From NCBI GenBank assembly GCA_001938485.1, contig MQRK01251253.1:16680-80679 (forward strand): a stretch of DNA of 64,000 nt, read 5' to 3'. The number at the start of each line of letters is the position of its first letter. Positions within the stretch are counted from its first letter, which is position 1. Origin of the DNA: Girardia tigrina. Taxonomy: Eukaryota. Position numbers and translations under genes: made by a program. Under the pieces are notes generated by a model. It was not told where the DNA came from and did no database searches. It saw only the letters and a program-made list of their open reading frames with translations. Below, piece by piece: positions 47,154 through 61,862 of the stretch.

Positions 47154-49768
47154 TAGGAAAACACATTTGTGACGGTATCATTCATAACTTCTTTTGTAGC
47201 AAAATTTTTATATCTGAGAACAAGCCAAATATAGAGATAATAATCAGAGATTATTAATTAAAGGGTATTTATTTATTTAGTCATTCTTTTGTAGTCATGA
47301 TTTACTGTATGATACCGAAAATCTACTTAAGCAATACATGGATTTGTAATCATTTGTTGAAATATAAAGAGGATTTTTATGTATACTTGAAATACATATT
47401 ATGTACAGAATTACTTAAAGATTTTGAGAATTTTGATATAAAAAAGTTTGTCAGCGATCTACAAATATATACAAAAACAAATTGTTGTGACACGTTTTTA
47501 TTACAATGTTACAAAATTTAAAATATTTTAGTATTGATTTGTCGTTAAAAATTTAGCAAAGAACTTTTGAAACATTTCTTATCACAAAAATTATCTTGCT
47601 TTGCAAAATCTTGGTAAGAAAGACAAGTTTTATACCTCAAAAAAGTAGTAAAATTTTTAAATTGGAAAAGATAATAAAACTAAAGCATGTTTCTAAATGT
47701 ATTTTCTAATAATTTGATTTTCTACTTAAATATATTCCAGGTATGAAATCTCTTTACTATGGATTGTCTAGATGTGCAAAATGAATTATCCAATCATATT
47801 ACAGTATTTTCATATGTAATTATCTAATCTAATATATAATAGTCCAATTCTGTAGCTGATTAAATGATTGACTGATTCTCAGTGAAACACTTATATTATT
47901 TACTTACAATTGTAAGTAGATAATTAAATTAATTTAAATATTTTTGGCAAAAATTGTTTTACGATTATCTACAAATGTTTAAACTGATTTTGCAATATTA
48001 AACAACTTATCCTGATGTTATTATACCTTATCATTTGTATTATTATTACTATTATTCTTATTATTCTTATAGTTTTTTTTACTTATTATAAAAAAATTTA
48101 AATTAAAAAAAATTATATTTAAAAAAATTATATTTAAAAAAATTGAAAAAATAAATACCCAGTTTGAAATAATAAATTATAACTACGATTTTTAAATTAA
48201 AACAGAAACTTTCAAAGATGAAAATATAGCGCCCCTGTCATACATGACGGGTTTTTTCTTAGGAACAAAATAATTTAGAGAAATTATTGAAACTAATGAA
48301 AATTGTAGCAACCAGCAAAGATCAGAACGCCGGGCTAAAACTCTCTAGTATTTGCATAATTTATTTGTGAGGTTCAATTGCGTTACAAACAAAGGTCCAA
48401 TTATATATTTTGGAAAAAAGTCATAAATTACTCATTACAAAAAATATTTCAATAATGAAAGTAAAATTATTATTTAAAAACAGAAAGGATCGAAATATAT
48501 GTCAATTGTATGAATACATCAGTTGTTTTCCATAAATTAGACTGATGAGATGTCAATCTATTTTTATTCTGTAAGACGAATGATAGAGAAAAAGTAATTT
48601 TTTACCAGTTTTCGAACGTCTAAATTACTACTTTAAAATTAAATGAATAAAAAAAATTATAATTAATTCACATATTTACAACATTCGAATGTTTTAAAAT
48701 GGTTAATTGAATTACGTAGGTTTGGTGTGGGAAATGTTATTCAGTTGTCTCAAGAATGTAAAACGAATTGTACATATTTTGGCCCCTGCTTCAGTACAGA
48801 TTAGTACACTCGGTTTACTAGACTATCAACGTATAAATATTGGAATGTCGTCATTTAAGATACATTATAAAAACCTTAATTTCCGTTTATAAAATGTAAT
48901 AAAATAATCACAAATATTGTTTTTTGATAATCATGGTTAATTCAGATTTTGTATAACGTGCTCTTCTATTCATATCATTGTATTAAAAACAAAATCTATT
49001 ATGGTTTAAGTGAATAGTTCCCCTTGCCATCGTTGACCGCCTCATAGGACATTGAATCAAAGGAAATCTTTTTAATAATTTATAAAATATGCATAATTAG
49101 TTTATACAATCATTACTAAAAGTAGATTTTTTAAATTTATATTTTTCATTTAGTTTAGAACTCTTTCTGATATAATTTAATATACCTTCAAAAATTTTCG
49201 CTTTGGAATATTTTCTTTTGTTTTTCGTACAAGGATTCAATTTTTTCTTTAAGTAACAATCAATAATTTATTCAATATTTTTTTAAATTTAATTTTTTAT
49301 TAATTTATTAATCTAAAAACTTTTAAATCTTCTTTTTAATATCAGTCTATGGAATGAATGATTTCGCTCGTTGTTTTCAATTCCGCATTTATATTTTGAA
49401 AGTAATCGTAGAGAGTCCTTTCTCCCTTGATTAAATAATCTCATGTTTGACCCGAATGAATCATTGTCTGCCATGACCCGAATTAAGAACATATTTTTTC
49501 AAACATTTTTATTAATATCTTAATATGATGAAGAATGATATTAAATATTTAAATGAGATTTAATTTGAATATTGCATTTAAGGAGGCACCCAAGTCATTT
49601 TCAAAGATTTATTTCTATCCACAATTATACCATCTTATCTAAACAACAATTCAGGAGAATTAGTAAAAATATTGTGAATCTTTTTTAAATAAAAATATCA
49701 ATATGTATTTAATATAATATTTATTATTTATGTATTTAATATAATATTTATAATTAGTCGTCCTTACA

Positions 49769-52080
49769 CCCCCTTCTTTAAAAGGCTTTAGTCATTCTAT
49801 ATTCCTACAAATTATTCGACCAATCTTATTCTTCATTTCTACACAACGATCATGTGGTTTTTGAATAATCTCATACGGCCCTTCATACCGGTTCGTTCAT
49901 TTTTGTCTGTTTTCTATTCTTACTAAAACTAAATCACCTTCTTTAAATTCGCGCGACGGTGTTACTGACATTGGTGACTCTGTTTCAATCATTTGGACTT
50001 TTTCAATTACTTTCTTGTTGTATAACTCATAATGACGCGAACCATCTAGTGTTATCCCAGAATAACTTCTACCGGACTGAATCCAATATTCTTTTGTATG
50101 GATGCATTCATACTAAATTCGATTTATGGGAGTAAATTCGGGAGTAAATCCACCCAGTGTCTTCCATCTTTTTCTTTCAGAGAGGCATTTTATGCATCCC
50201 GAATCGTTCGAAATTGGCGCTCGATTATCCCATTCGCACTATGGTGATGTGGACTTGAAAACGTTATCTCAATTAGTATGGATCTAGCATATTCTAAGCA
50301 TCTTTGAGATTAGAAAACTTTACCTCGATCCACATGTATATATCCTGGTGCACCGAATCTGAATATCCACTTTTGCTGAATCGTATTCATCACTGTCGCT
50401 TTATCTTGATTGCTCACGGCTGTTAGTATGATGTATCGGCTGAATCTATCAATAATGCCCAAAATGTATTTCTTTCCCTTAGAAACGAGTAGATGCCTAC
50501 AAAAATCGATATAAATGTCATCGAACGGCTGTTTGGAAACCAAGTTTATTATTGTTTCTTTGGTGGCTCCTATATATGTTTTTGATTTTTGACATGTTAT
50601 ACAACTCCGAACAATTACTTCTACTTGTTTGCGAATTCTTCCATATCATATTCATTTTTCATGAAGTAGTACGTTTTATTGACTCCTGCATGACACAGAA
50701 ATTGGTGGAAAATTTTGATACAATCTTTCCTAGAGTCTTTCGGTATCCAGATCTTATCATTTAATTTTCTAATACACCCATTACTTCTTTTGAATCCAAC
50801 GGCCTTGCGTTCTTCCAATTTTACAAATATTCTCTGATTTCCTCATTATTCGTTTGCCACGGAATTGGTGAAATATCCTCATTTAACGCCAGCATTTTCG
50901 TTCGTGGTTTATTTCATTTCACCTGTTCGTGTATCAAAAGACACTGTGCACATGTCATACAATCTTTCCGTGACAACGCATCTGCATTCTGATGTAGTGT
51001 TCCTTTCCATTATTTTAACTCCTCATCTAAACTACTTAAATAATTCATCAAATTCTGAAATTTCTTTCTGCTCTTTCCTAGTAATACAATAGCCAATCTC
51101 ATGTTTTGACATCGTCTTAGATCCATACGCAATTACTTGTTCATTTCCATCGTCATTTAGCTGTGCCAATACAGCACATATTGTGTCAAATGAAGCATCG
51201 ATATCTAATATAATTTCATTCTTGAAATCCGGATAACATAATACTGGTGTAGTCGACAGCGCTTCCTTCAACTTATTAAATGCTTCGGTGTGAAATTCTG
51301 ACCAATACAGAGAGTTCTTTGTACTTCCATACAACTCTTCTAATGATTTTGACAATTTTGAATAGTCATTAATAATTTTCTATAATAGTTGCACAATCCT
51401 AAAAAACTACGTAGTTTTTTTATGCAGTTCTGCCTCTCGAAATCTTGAATTGTTTTAACCTTCTCTGAATCTGTTTTAATACCGTCTTTATTTACAATGT
51501 GGCCCAGAAACTGTAGCTCTTTTTTGAAAAAATCTACATTTTTCTGGGTTTATTCATAGTCCTACTGTTTGAATTCTAGAAAACAACCTTTCGAGCCTCT
51601 CAAAATGTTGTGCTTCTGTTTCAGAAAATATTAAGATGTCGTCTAAATATATCAGGGCTGCCTTTCACAGCATCTCTTTTAAAACATCTATCATTAATTT
51701 TTGAAACGTTGCTGGTGCAGCCGTTATTCCAAACGGCATCCTGGTAAGACTATATTGTCTTGTCTTAGTAGAAAATGCAATTTTTAATTTCGATCCTTCT
51801 TCCAACTCTACCTGATAATATGCATTGCCTAAATCTATAGCGCTAAACCATTTCATTTATAGATTCTAACATTTCATCGATTTGTGGTATAGGAAAAGCT
51901 GGTCTTTCCTCAATCTGATTTAATAGTCTAAAATCCAGACACAACCGAATTTCTCTCTTTTCTTTTTTCCATACGCAAACCATCGACGTATTCCACTGTG
52001 ATGAACATTTCTCTATAATCTTATGATTCTCTAAATTCATTATGGCTTCGACGAGGTTTTTGTGGAATTGGTTCCCCACG
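49769..52080 (-). mobile_element. Gypsy/Ty3 pol remnant (RT, RNase H, integrase), frameshifted; PPT then LTR start TGTAAGG at 49768
   Basis: IRLCLDFRLLN, FSAIDLGNAYYQV, RMPFGITAAPATFQ, LIYLDDILIFS, ILDIDASFD..VIAYGSK, YIDFC..IIDRFSRY, HVDRGKVF; PPT aaagaaggggg. Confidence 0.92.
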
Positions 52081-53109
52081 GTTTTTATTTCGTATCTAAC
52101 TAAAGTCCTTTTTCCTATATATTTTTGAATAAAGAGTTATTTAAAACCATTGTTATCTTATTTTTACATGACCTGTATAGACACTATTTTATAATTTATG
52201 TTATAATATTTAATACACTTTAATTTAATAAAGATTTAATTAAAATTAATTTATATATATATTTATGAATTGAGAAAAAAATAGATCAAAAATTAATTCC
52301 AAAACTTTAAATTATGAAGAAGTCTCGTTTTAAAAACATCGATTTATATTTATTGAATTTTATTTAATTAAGCATAAATTTTCTTTTAAGTTATTTTATT
52401 TTTATTGATTAATGAAGAAAACAGAATTATTCTTTTCATTATTTTAATTTTACAATTTAAAGGTAAATTTAAATGAAATAAAATAAATAAATTCTTCCCA
52501 TTAAACTTTTGTTTGTAAATATAATTGTTCTTTGCAAATTGGTCAAGTAATATGAACCACAATCATTGAAATAATAAATGGTCCGACAATGGCCGATCCG
52601 TTTTACAAGTAAAGTTTTTTTAGGATTTTGAGAATATTTCAAGGAAAGATTATTTTAATCAAGAATAATATAATATTTTACCGAGAAAATTTTATCTAAC
52701 GATTATTTGAGAAATAATAGTATAAATATATAAAATATAAAATAAATAACATTATGAAAAAGAAAAATCAATAAACAGATATAAAATACAGTCAAAACGT
52801 GTCTAGAAAATTTTGTTCTCATTATCGGATCAAATCTCATCGCAGTGAAGGTATGAGGCATTAAATGAATTAAAAAAATAATTTACATATGATAAAAATA
52901 CATCAAACTAGATTAATGTTATTTTCTTTTACCAACCTTTTCGGAATTTAAATTCCAAAAAATATTATCATATATTATCATTGTTATTTATTTATCCTTT
53001 CATTTTCTCAACCAAACTCAAACTCGAAATTTCTCTCAAGACAAATTTTAAATTGATATTATTATAAATGATATTTGAATGACAATTGCTGTTTTCATTT
53101 ATTGCTGTA

Positions 53110-53559
53110 TATTAACAACATCACAATTTGAATGCAAACATTTATTTACAACACAAACAGATTCTTCACAACAATTTTCATTGGTCATCTTTCTTTGATT
53201 GATATAGTTTTTGATTATGTATTCAAATCTAAAAAAACAATGAATGGGAAATTTTTAAATATTAATTTTTAATTTCTTAAATTTTATTAGATAAAAATGA
53301 ATTACGTAATTTTTGAAATGAAAATTAATTTTTAAAATATATTAAACTTAATAAGTTAAAATCGTGTACTAAAATATTATTAAAATTCATAATTATAAAA
53401 CTTTAATTAATTAGTACTTAAAATTAATATCATTAAATTAATTTCATTAGATTCAAATAATAAATCAAAAAAACATATCAATCCCATCTGAGTAGGAGAG
53501 TCACAAATCTAAACAGCATACAAACAACAAACTTACAACATTCCAAATTATCCCTCACA
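53110..53559 (-). mobile_element. Solo LTR (family A), TG...TA
   Basis: Near-identical to 7759 and 11059; TSD ctgta/ctcta (1 mismatch). Confidence 0.85.
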
Positions 53560-53739
53560 CTCTAATTTGCCTTCTTTGTTTGATATATTGATATGTATAA
53601 ATAATAATATGTTTAAATATGAAAAATTAAATAATTACAAAGAAAGATTTAAACAAAATAAATTTAAATAAAATAATTATTTTAGAAAAAAGGAAATTTG
53701 AAATTAAATTAAGATCTTTGTTCGTTTTTTAAAAGGAAC

Positions 53740-54178
53740 TATTAACAACATCAATATCATTTTTCAAACATTTATTAAGACCACAATCAGAATTGTTATG
53801 ACAACAATTATTCAAAAGACTTTCGCTATTTGACATTTTCTTGATTAATATATTTCTGAATTCACAATAATTTTTTAATAAATGAAAAAAGTTTTGATAA
53901 TAATTATTAATTATAAAGATTCTAATTCTTAGTTAAATATTAGTTAAATTTTATAAAATGACCAATTAAATTATTATAATAAATTATAAATTACATTAAA
54001 AATTTAATATTACATTCGAAAATTATTTAAAATCTTTTTACTTTAAAATTAAACTAGATTATTTTTAATTAGTAGGAATCAAAGAAAATATCAATCATCC
54101 ATCTGTGCAGGAGAGGCACAATCCGAATCAACATACAACATACACAATATCAACACACAATTCAAAACATTCCTCACA
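53740..54178 (-). mobile_element. Solo LTR (related subfamily), TG...TA
   Basis: tattaacaacatc ... ttcctcaca; TSD ggaac/agaac (1 mismatch). Confidence 0.7.
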
Positions 54179-55620
54179 AGAACAAAAAAATAGTTAGTGG
54201 TTCGAATGTGGAGAGAGAAAATATGTGTGCCAGAACGAGCCGAATAATTGGAGAAAATGAAATACTGGCTCTGATTGGTTGCCTGATGTGAGTGAGTATG
54301 TGGCACAATTGTGAATTTTAATTCACTTTATTTGTCGATTTAAAAAAATTGAAAATCATTTTCGATGGAATTAAAAAGACTTTTTTTTGTTAAATGAAAT
54401 GAAATTTATTTTGATGATTAAAAAGGCCTACAATGTCATTTTAGCTCGATTAAAAAAGGTTTTGTGTTACGAATAATTGTATTAATTATTTTTTCTCGGT
54501 ATTTTAGATATCCCTATATTTAAATGTTTTATGATGATTTTTTTGTGTTTTGATATTTTGACTCGATGAAAATGAAGCTGAAGATTCGTAGAACCTGATA
54601 AATTGTTTTTTTTATTGAGACAAACGTTTTTTTTTTGAAAAAATGTTGATCTATCTAAACAAAATGTTATTATGATGGGCCGAGCACAATTCTACCGAGC
54701 ATTCAGATAATCTATTGCGTCCCCTGCTACTACCATTGAGTTTTCGGGACAACTCGGGGATTGGGCGGAACACATCCATCGACCACTATCATTTGCTATC
54801 TAAGAAAGCAATACATTTTCTCTATCGTTCCGTGCGTTTCAAGAGTTTGACAATAATTAAGATGTAATAAAATTTTATTCTTTAAATCCTTAAAAATTGC
54901 CAAATTTTAATTAAATCTAACAAAATAAAACATATTCTTCTCTAATGTAACTCATACATCTTTCGAAAGACAAAACCAAGAAGTTCCTTGAAAATCAAGA
55001 AAGGAGAATATTCCTTTAAGCATCTTATTCAATAGATTTAGACAGGTGCGACTATTTTTTTAAATGAAAAAAGAGCTACCCAAATGAGAAAAAAGTTATA
55101 TCGTCGTTAATAAGGGCTACAATTACAGAAGCTTTTCGATCATTAGTACTTGGTGATTAACAACTATAGATACTATTTTACTGATGAATAATGTTTATTT
55201 TTACTTATACTTCTTTTATAGAATATTTAACAAATCTTAATAAGTTCAGGTCAAACCAAATAATATTATATATTCATTTATCATTTTAAATATAAAAATT
55301 CTTTACGTATGTTTTTTGACAACTAGTTAAAGTTGAATATTATTAAGTACTAAATTTATTACAGCAATAATATTCGACTTTTGAAGTTGGTAATAAGATT
55401 ATAAATATGTAAACAAAATAAAAAAAACGTTTTATTAAAAAAGCGTTTTTTCATTAATGTATTGCAGGGGTAAATTTCATATTATAATATTATTTTATTT
55501 GAAACACTGAGTTTTGCATGCGTTTTTGTTTTTTAACATACTTTAATATAATTGAACAAATTAATTTAGACATTTAAAAATTCTTTTAATGGCTTTAGTA
55601 ATAATAATTATAGTGTCATT

Positions 55621-55750
55621 GGTTCTGTGACACAGGTACATACGACAAAAGCACTCACACAAAAAGCCCACAGAAAAAAACAGACATAAAGCCTCACTCG
55701 TAAAAAATCCACATGTAAACAAATCTCACAAGGATAAAACGACACATTAA
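55621..55750. mobile_element. Mutator-like terminal fragment with short tandem sub-terminal repeats
   Basis: gg terminus then repeated acaaaagc(c)cac-like units. Confidence 0.3.
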
Positions 55751-55977
55751 AAATATTAAAAATATATTAAAATAGTTTATTAAAAATTTTAATAAATCAT
55801 AAAGCGATTTTCGGCAGATATCGCAGTTTAGATACCACTAGACAAAAAATTCATAAGTAGTTAATATATTTATATAATTGATTCATTTATAGACAAAAAA
55901 TCACACAGAAAAAAAACAAGAAAAATATTAGATCACCTAATTGTTTAATTTATAATTTATGATAATGATTTATAATA

Positions 55978-57457
55978 CTCTAAAACTTCCAATAATCCTG
56001 CTGGAGAATTATTCTATTTTTTAAAAAATATTTGGAAAAACAAGGGCATGTAGATTATTAAAAATATTTACAAATCAAAAACAAATTTTAGACAATCAAA
56101 TTTATTCATCGATTTCTGAATAGCTAGATTATGAATAATCCTTATTATCATGAACTTGATGATTTACACAAGTACGATATTTTGTTCTAAATTTGACCAT
56201 AAATTGTGCATCTTTGGCTACGAGCAAGCTCATCTTTTCAATTAAGAAACATGAATAAAAACCATTTATAATTTTTTCTATTCCAAGTAATATTTAGAAC
56301 ATTGAACACATTTAGAAATCAGGTTACATGGTGGAGGTTTTATTCTACCAGATTTGAAACGCTCACAATCATCAGATTGAAACCATTGAGCAGTTTGACC
56401 ATGCGGACAGTCTTTTAATGATTTAAACTAAAAAGCATCCACTGGCTGAAGAATACTGGTCAAACCACCTGGGATTATACAAAAGGAAACCTTTCTTTTT
56501 TGCACATACTCTTTTGCCTCTTTGGAAATATGAAATCGAACACTATCAATAAGAAGAAGTTCATTAAGTCGTAGAGCTACCATAACGAACATGTAATCAA
56601 TCTACATTTAGAACAACATTGTGTTGACCCAGGATTTCAGAGCTGTAATTTGAACAACTCCCTATTTTGTAGAGATTGATTCATTTTTTCTTTTAAAACT
56701 AGCAGTCGGGTAAGTTTTATTCCCGCTGCAGATGCAGCATAAATACTATTGATCCTTAATCTGGAGTTACCAGCTGCTACAACAGGTACCGTTTTAGCAC
56801 CAATTCGTTCGATTGTTTAGGAATCTTGTTGTTTTGGTCATCTTCGATAAAGATTGCCGTTTTATAAAAATTATAAATATTTTTTGGCAAAATCTTGTAT
56901 TTGTTGATGATGTCACTTCGTCGTCATCTAAGCTACATATCTTGTTAGCTTTTCTGATTTTTAACTGACCAGTTGATGCCTCCAATATTGAATGAACTCA
57001 TTCCAAAGCAATCTCTTTAGTCCATTGAACAATCATTTTTCTCGATACACTTCTTTTTGAAGTCGCTCATCTAAATTCTTTTTAAATAACAAATCATTTA
57101 ATTAAACCAATACCATTTTTCTTCCAGCCATCCCAGCGATAACCCTCTGAATCTGCAACACAAATAGCCTCTTCGGCCCAAGCCATTCTGTCAGTGTATT
57201 ACGATTTATTTTGATTTTTTTGCTGTTTGCAACTTGCTGCCTCCAGCCTTATAATCTTTAATTCCTTCTAATTTATATTGGTTGCTATGCTTGTTAGATT
57301 TAATTGTGGATCAATAAAATCATTGTTTAAATCATATTAGACAAAATATTTTATTTAAAAACTTTTAGGAAGGGTAATTATTAGAAGTAAGGATTATTCT
57401 CTAGAAAAAATATATTAAAAAAATAGCTGTACTTGAGGATTATTAGAAGTTTCAGAG
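55978..57457 (-). mobile_element. pogo/Tigger-like (DDE_1) transposon, degenerate, both TIRs present
   Basis: TA-flanked TIRs ctctaaaacttccaataatcct / aggattattagaagtttcagag; EASTG, LLLIDSVRFH, IIPGGLTSILQPVD motifs. Confidence 0.8.
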
Positions 57458-58959
57458 TATTTATATTTACAATTTATTTTGATATTAATGATTTGTGCAA
57501 GACAAATGAAAGTGTTCCTCAGAAATTTACTTAAACACAAATTTCTTAAGTATTATGTTATATTGTTGAGATCAAATAAAAGTTTCAAAAATGTCTTCAT
57601 CTGAGTTATCAACAGAACACAATCACGAACCTAACAACTATTTTTCGGTTTTTGATTCGGGTAAATTACCCTAAAATCAAAGTCTCATTCTAGATGTAGA
57701 TATTCTTATAAATCTTTTAAATTCTACTAAATATGAAAAAATATAATAAATTGTAATAATTCTAGGTAATTAATAACATCAATTAATACGAGATAAAATT
57801 ATTATTTGAAATAACATTTTGATACATTTAATTGATAAAATACTCAAAGTGTCATATTTTAATATTTTTTTTAAATTTTTGTTTACTCATGAATAATAAA
57901 TATGAAACGGTTAAAGGATTTTTCATACTGCAAAAAAATTACGGAAGAAAAAAAAGGTTGTATAAAATATATTGTTCATTTCCAAAGAAGACGTATAGTT
58001 ATCGAATGTAACTAAAATTTAATTTGAAAATTAAATAGTAAATAAATAATTTCCATAATTGAGGATGTTTATTTTGAGATATTTTTATTTAGATAAATAA
58101 TTATTTCTAGAAGAAATAATATATTTTAACAACAAAAATCAACTGTTTCCTTTATGTTTATTAATACAATTTTATAAAGGAAATTTAATATAATTTTCAA
58201 GACATGTTACACTACAAAAATGATTTCCTTAATAAATAAAAAATTATTTAACTTTAGAGAAACTTAATTAGTTCAAGTAATTAAAGGAGTGGTTTTTTTT
58301 AAATTTAAGATTATTTTTCTGATATTGGATAAAAAAATATTTTTTATTGCTAATATAATATTAATATAAGTAGACATAAAAAATATATAAATGTTTAAAA
58401 TAGTTGAAAATATTTTTTTAATATAATTAAGTTAGTTTAATTAGTTTCTTTTTATCAAATACTCAATACAAATTAATTGTTTTAATTTTTACTTTTTAAA
58501 TTAAAAAAATAGTTTATAATTCAAAGCGGTTTATTTGAAATAAATAAAATAAAAAAATAAAAAATAATAATAATTTTGTATAAACAGTTTTACAGGAAAT
58601 ATATCAATACATCAATCTTGGGCGTTGTTTAATTTTTTAAGATTAATTATTAAAAAATAATATTATGATTATTGTATCTGAAAAGATTTTATTTGTCTTT
58701 CAGGAAGACCAATAAATAAGTAATAAGCAATAAATGTTAAAACTATAAATTGGACATTTCGTTTCGAAACATTATACTATTATAATACATTATAGTCAAA
58801 ATACTAAGATTAAATTATTTTATATTTAAAAATTTCAATTAATTTATATTTTTAAGAAAATAAAAAATAATTATAATTGTTTTGAAAGACAAATAAAACT
58901 TTTCAGATATTAATTTTACTAATTATAGTATTTATATTAATTATTGATTAGCTTAAATC

Positions 58960-60330
58960 AAGATGATTTAAAGAACCAAAATTCATCCATTAACAGAAAT
59001 ATTCAAAGACAAAATATTTGGATGGATCAACCGTCATGTTCAGACCATTGAATAATAATTTAATTCACCTGTATATAAATACAAAATTAATGACTGCCTA
59101 ATCTGTAGGATGGGCTAATAAACTAAGTGTTTTGTTAAATCAGAAAGGTTATTCTAAATTTATTCTTGAAAAATTAATAAAAGAAAAATTGGATTAGATA
59201 CTTTTGAAAGTTCGAAACATCAGAGATTTACTTCTCCTGATGGTTTAAAGAAATAAATTGAATTAACATTAGATATTAATTGTGGGCTTAAATATAGGGC
59301 TACCATGGGATTTGAAAAATTTAATTTGATAAAATAAACCGGGACAATTTTTAAAAATTTTGGGACGTTTCAGTGTTTACTTTTTTAATACAAATAATAT
59401 ATATTAATCAGATATATCAGATTTTTAATTTTATTTCTCATTTAGATATTTTTCTTGTGTTTCCAACATTTACAACCGATTGATTTTAAATAAATATTTT
59501 CAAAATTGCGCATTTTTTTACGTTAAAGAGAACACGTAAAGATTCAAAAATCGATTGAAAATTTGAAATACATTGCAAAATGACTATTTTTAAATTTTAT
59601 TTGTAAGTTCATATATGGAAACGAAATCAGGGACAAATTAATCGCTTACCGGGATTCCGGGTGGCTTGCGAAAATCCGGGACTGCCTTGGCCAATTCCCA
59701 GCACATGCTTTCCCTACTTAAATATTGCTTTATTGTACCTCATTCTAAAGGATTTAAAAACTTTATAATGCATTGTTAAAAGTAACTAACAATGGTTTAA
59801 AATTGAAAAATGTATCCCGATGTCAAAAAATTAAATATATGTTCAGTAATAAATTTATTACATCTTTGATACTTTATTATGATATTGTTTATGAATATAA
59901 ATTTAATAGGTATTATTCTACATACATTGGAGAGACTGTCCGTCATCTCTGTAAACGAATTAAAGAACATGGTCGACAAAAGGGTAAGAGCAATATTATA
60001 GAACATAGGAGAAAACGGAAATGTAATGTTAATATTAATACTTTCAATATTCTGTGTAAGCATTTTGAGAGAGAGTTTCGTGTAAAAATTTAAATTCACT
60101 TTGCTCTAAAATCAATATTCAATCGGCAGTCTCAAGCAGCTTATTGAGAATTTGTTATTAACGTAATTTTATGTAATCAGTTTTTTTGTACTTTCTGCAT
60201 TAAATTTTTTTTGCATTAATTGTACAGGTGAATTAAATTATTAATCAATGGTCTGAAGATGACGGTTGATCAATTGAAATATATTATCTTTAAATATATA
60301 TTTTAAATGGATAAATTTTGTTTTTAATTA
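58960..60330 (+). mobile_element. 5'-truncated PLE with inverted 5' pLTR (about 58960-59090) and 3' pLTR (about 60215-60330), interrupted by a MITE
   Basis: NKLSVLLNQKGYSK; IVPHSKG; IVYEYKF..TYIGETVRHLCKRIKEH; 59020-59075 reverse-complements to about 60222-60290, including decayed hammerhead cores. Confidence 0.8.
59295..59716. mobile_element. hAT (Tip100-like) MITE
   Basis: Perfect 8-bp TSD cttaaata (59287-59294 / 59717-59724); termini tagggctaccatg / catgctttcccta; internal gggac repeats. Confidence 0.8.
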
Positions 60331-61443
60331 TAATAAAATAATGTAGTAAATTTAATAAATATACAAAAACATGCGGAAGTTTTTGTCAGTTTTTTATTAA
60401 AATAATCTTTAAAATTAGAAAATATTTTTATAATAACTTTAAAATTCACTATACACTTCTAAATAATCAAAAATAAAAAAATTATTTCTTTTAAAATTTA
60501 TACATTAAACTATATATATATATATATATATATANNNNNNNNNNNNNNNNNNNNNNNNNNNNNNNNNNNNNNNNNNNNNNNNNNTATATATTATAAATTG
60601 AACGAATGCGCAAAAACTATTTGTAAGTTAATAATTATATTTTTTTAATAAAATAAATTTTTAAAATTATAAAATATTTCTATAACTTCAAATATTCACT
60701 TAACATACTTTTGTACTTCAAAATAATGAAAATTAAAAAAATACTTTCAATTTATTTGTAAAACTAGATATATTTCTGACTTTCAACTTCATTTATTATT
60801 TTGTCTCAAAAAATTTATTTAATTTAAATTAACTGATTTTCCTATAAGAAAAAAAATGAACCAATTTAAACAATTATATTCACTTTTTATAAGAGTCACT
60901 CAAAAAAAGAAGATTGCTTTACAATTTTATTATTCGATAACCAAAAAATTAAACATTTTTTTTATAAAATCTTAAAAATAAAAATTAATAAGTTTTCAAA
61001 ACATAAATTGTTTTTTTTAGCTTTAACATATTTTTGGATTTTTCGAAAAATAGAATATGGTTAATTAATATTAATATTTTTATATTTTTATTGATAAATA
61101 TTTTAAAATAAAATCAAAAAAATTTTTGATTTTTATTACATTTTTCTTAAACATTTATTAAAATATTGTTAAAAAATGTTAAACAATTAAAATTTAATTA
61201 CTAATTATTATTATTAATAATAATATTTATTATTAATTTCAGTCGTAGTAGTTTTAATTTTCTTTCATTTGAATGACATTTTTATATTTATTATTTGTAT
61301 GATTTATATATTTTTTATATATAATTTTTAATTTCATTATTTACTTTTCAATAAACACTTTAGATTAGCACTTTTTATCTAAATATTAAAAATATATTCG
61401 ATTAATAATAAAAAACGTTTTCATATACATTTCAAAATCTTAC

Positions 61444-61694
61444 TTAAATGGAGAACTTAATCGAATTGAATTGTCGGAGAATTGAAAAATGAACGTGAAA
61501 GAATCTGTTGATGGAAACAGTAAAAAAAGTGGCGTACTCAACACTGATTGGTTGAATAATCAAATGGATGCACTGAAATAAAAGAGGATGTTCCCGAGAC
61601 GGCAAGGAATATTTAATGATATTGTATATGATGTTGAGGTGCTGCTGACTGTGACACATTTTTTGACAAACAGGTTTCTTGGACATGTAGGACC
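61444..61694 (-). other. Exon-like GC-enriched segment (possible non-coding 5' exon or pseudo-exon)
   Basis: Acceptor ttgttttag|gg and donor aa|gtaag bracket the GC-enriched block; stops in all three minus frames. Confidence 0.3.
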
Positions 61695-61784
61695 CTAAAA
61701 CAATTTAAATTTCGATGATTTTATTTGAATATTAATAAATTGCCTTAATTAATATTCATATTAAAAAAATCAAACTTTTTTGTA

Positions 61785-61862
61785 CATTTGCTGATAATGA
61801 TGTATAAAACATCAAAATATGTACAAGAATTCTTTAAATAAAATTATTTTTCAAAAAGTATA
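61785..61862 (+). mobile_element. Isolated PLE pLTR remnant with mutated hammerhead core
   Basis: ctgataa-t-gatgt-ataaa-acatc-aaaa followed by the family tail aaattatttttcaaaaa. Confidence 0.45.
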
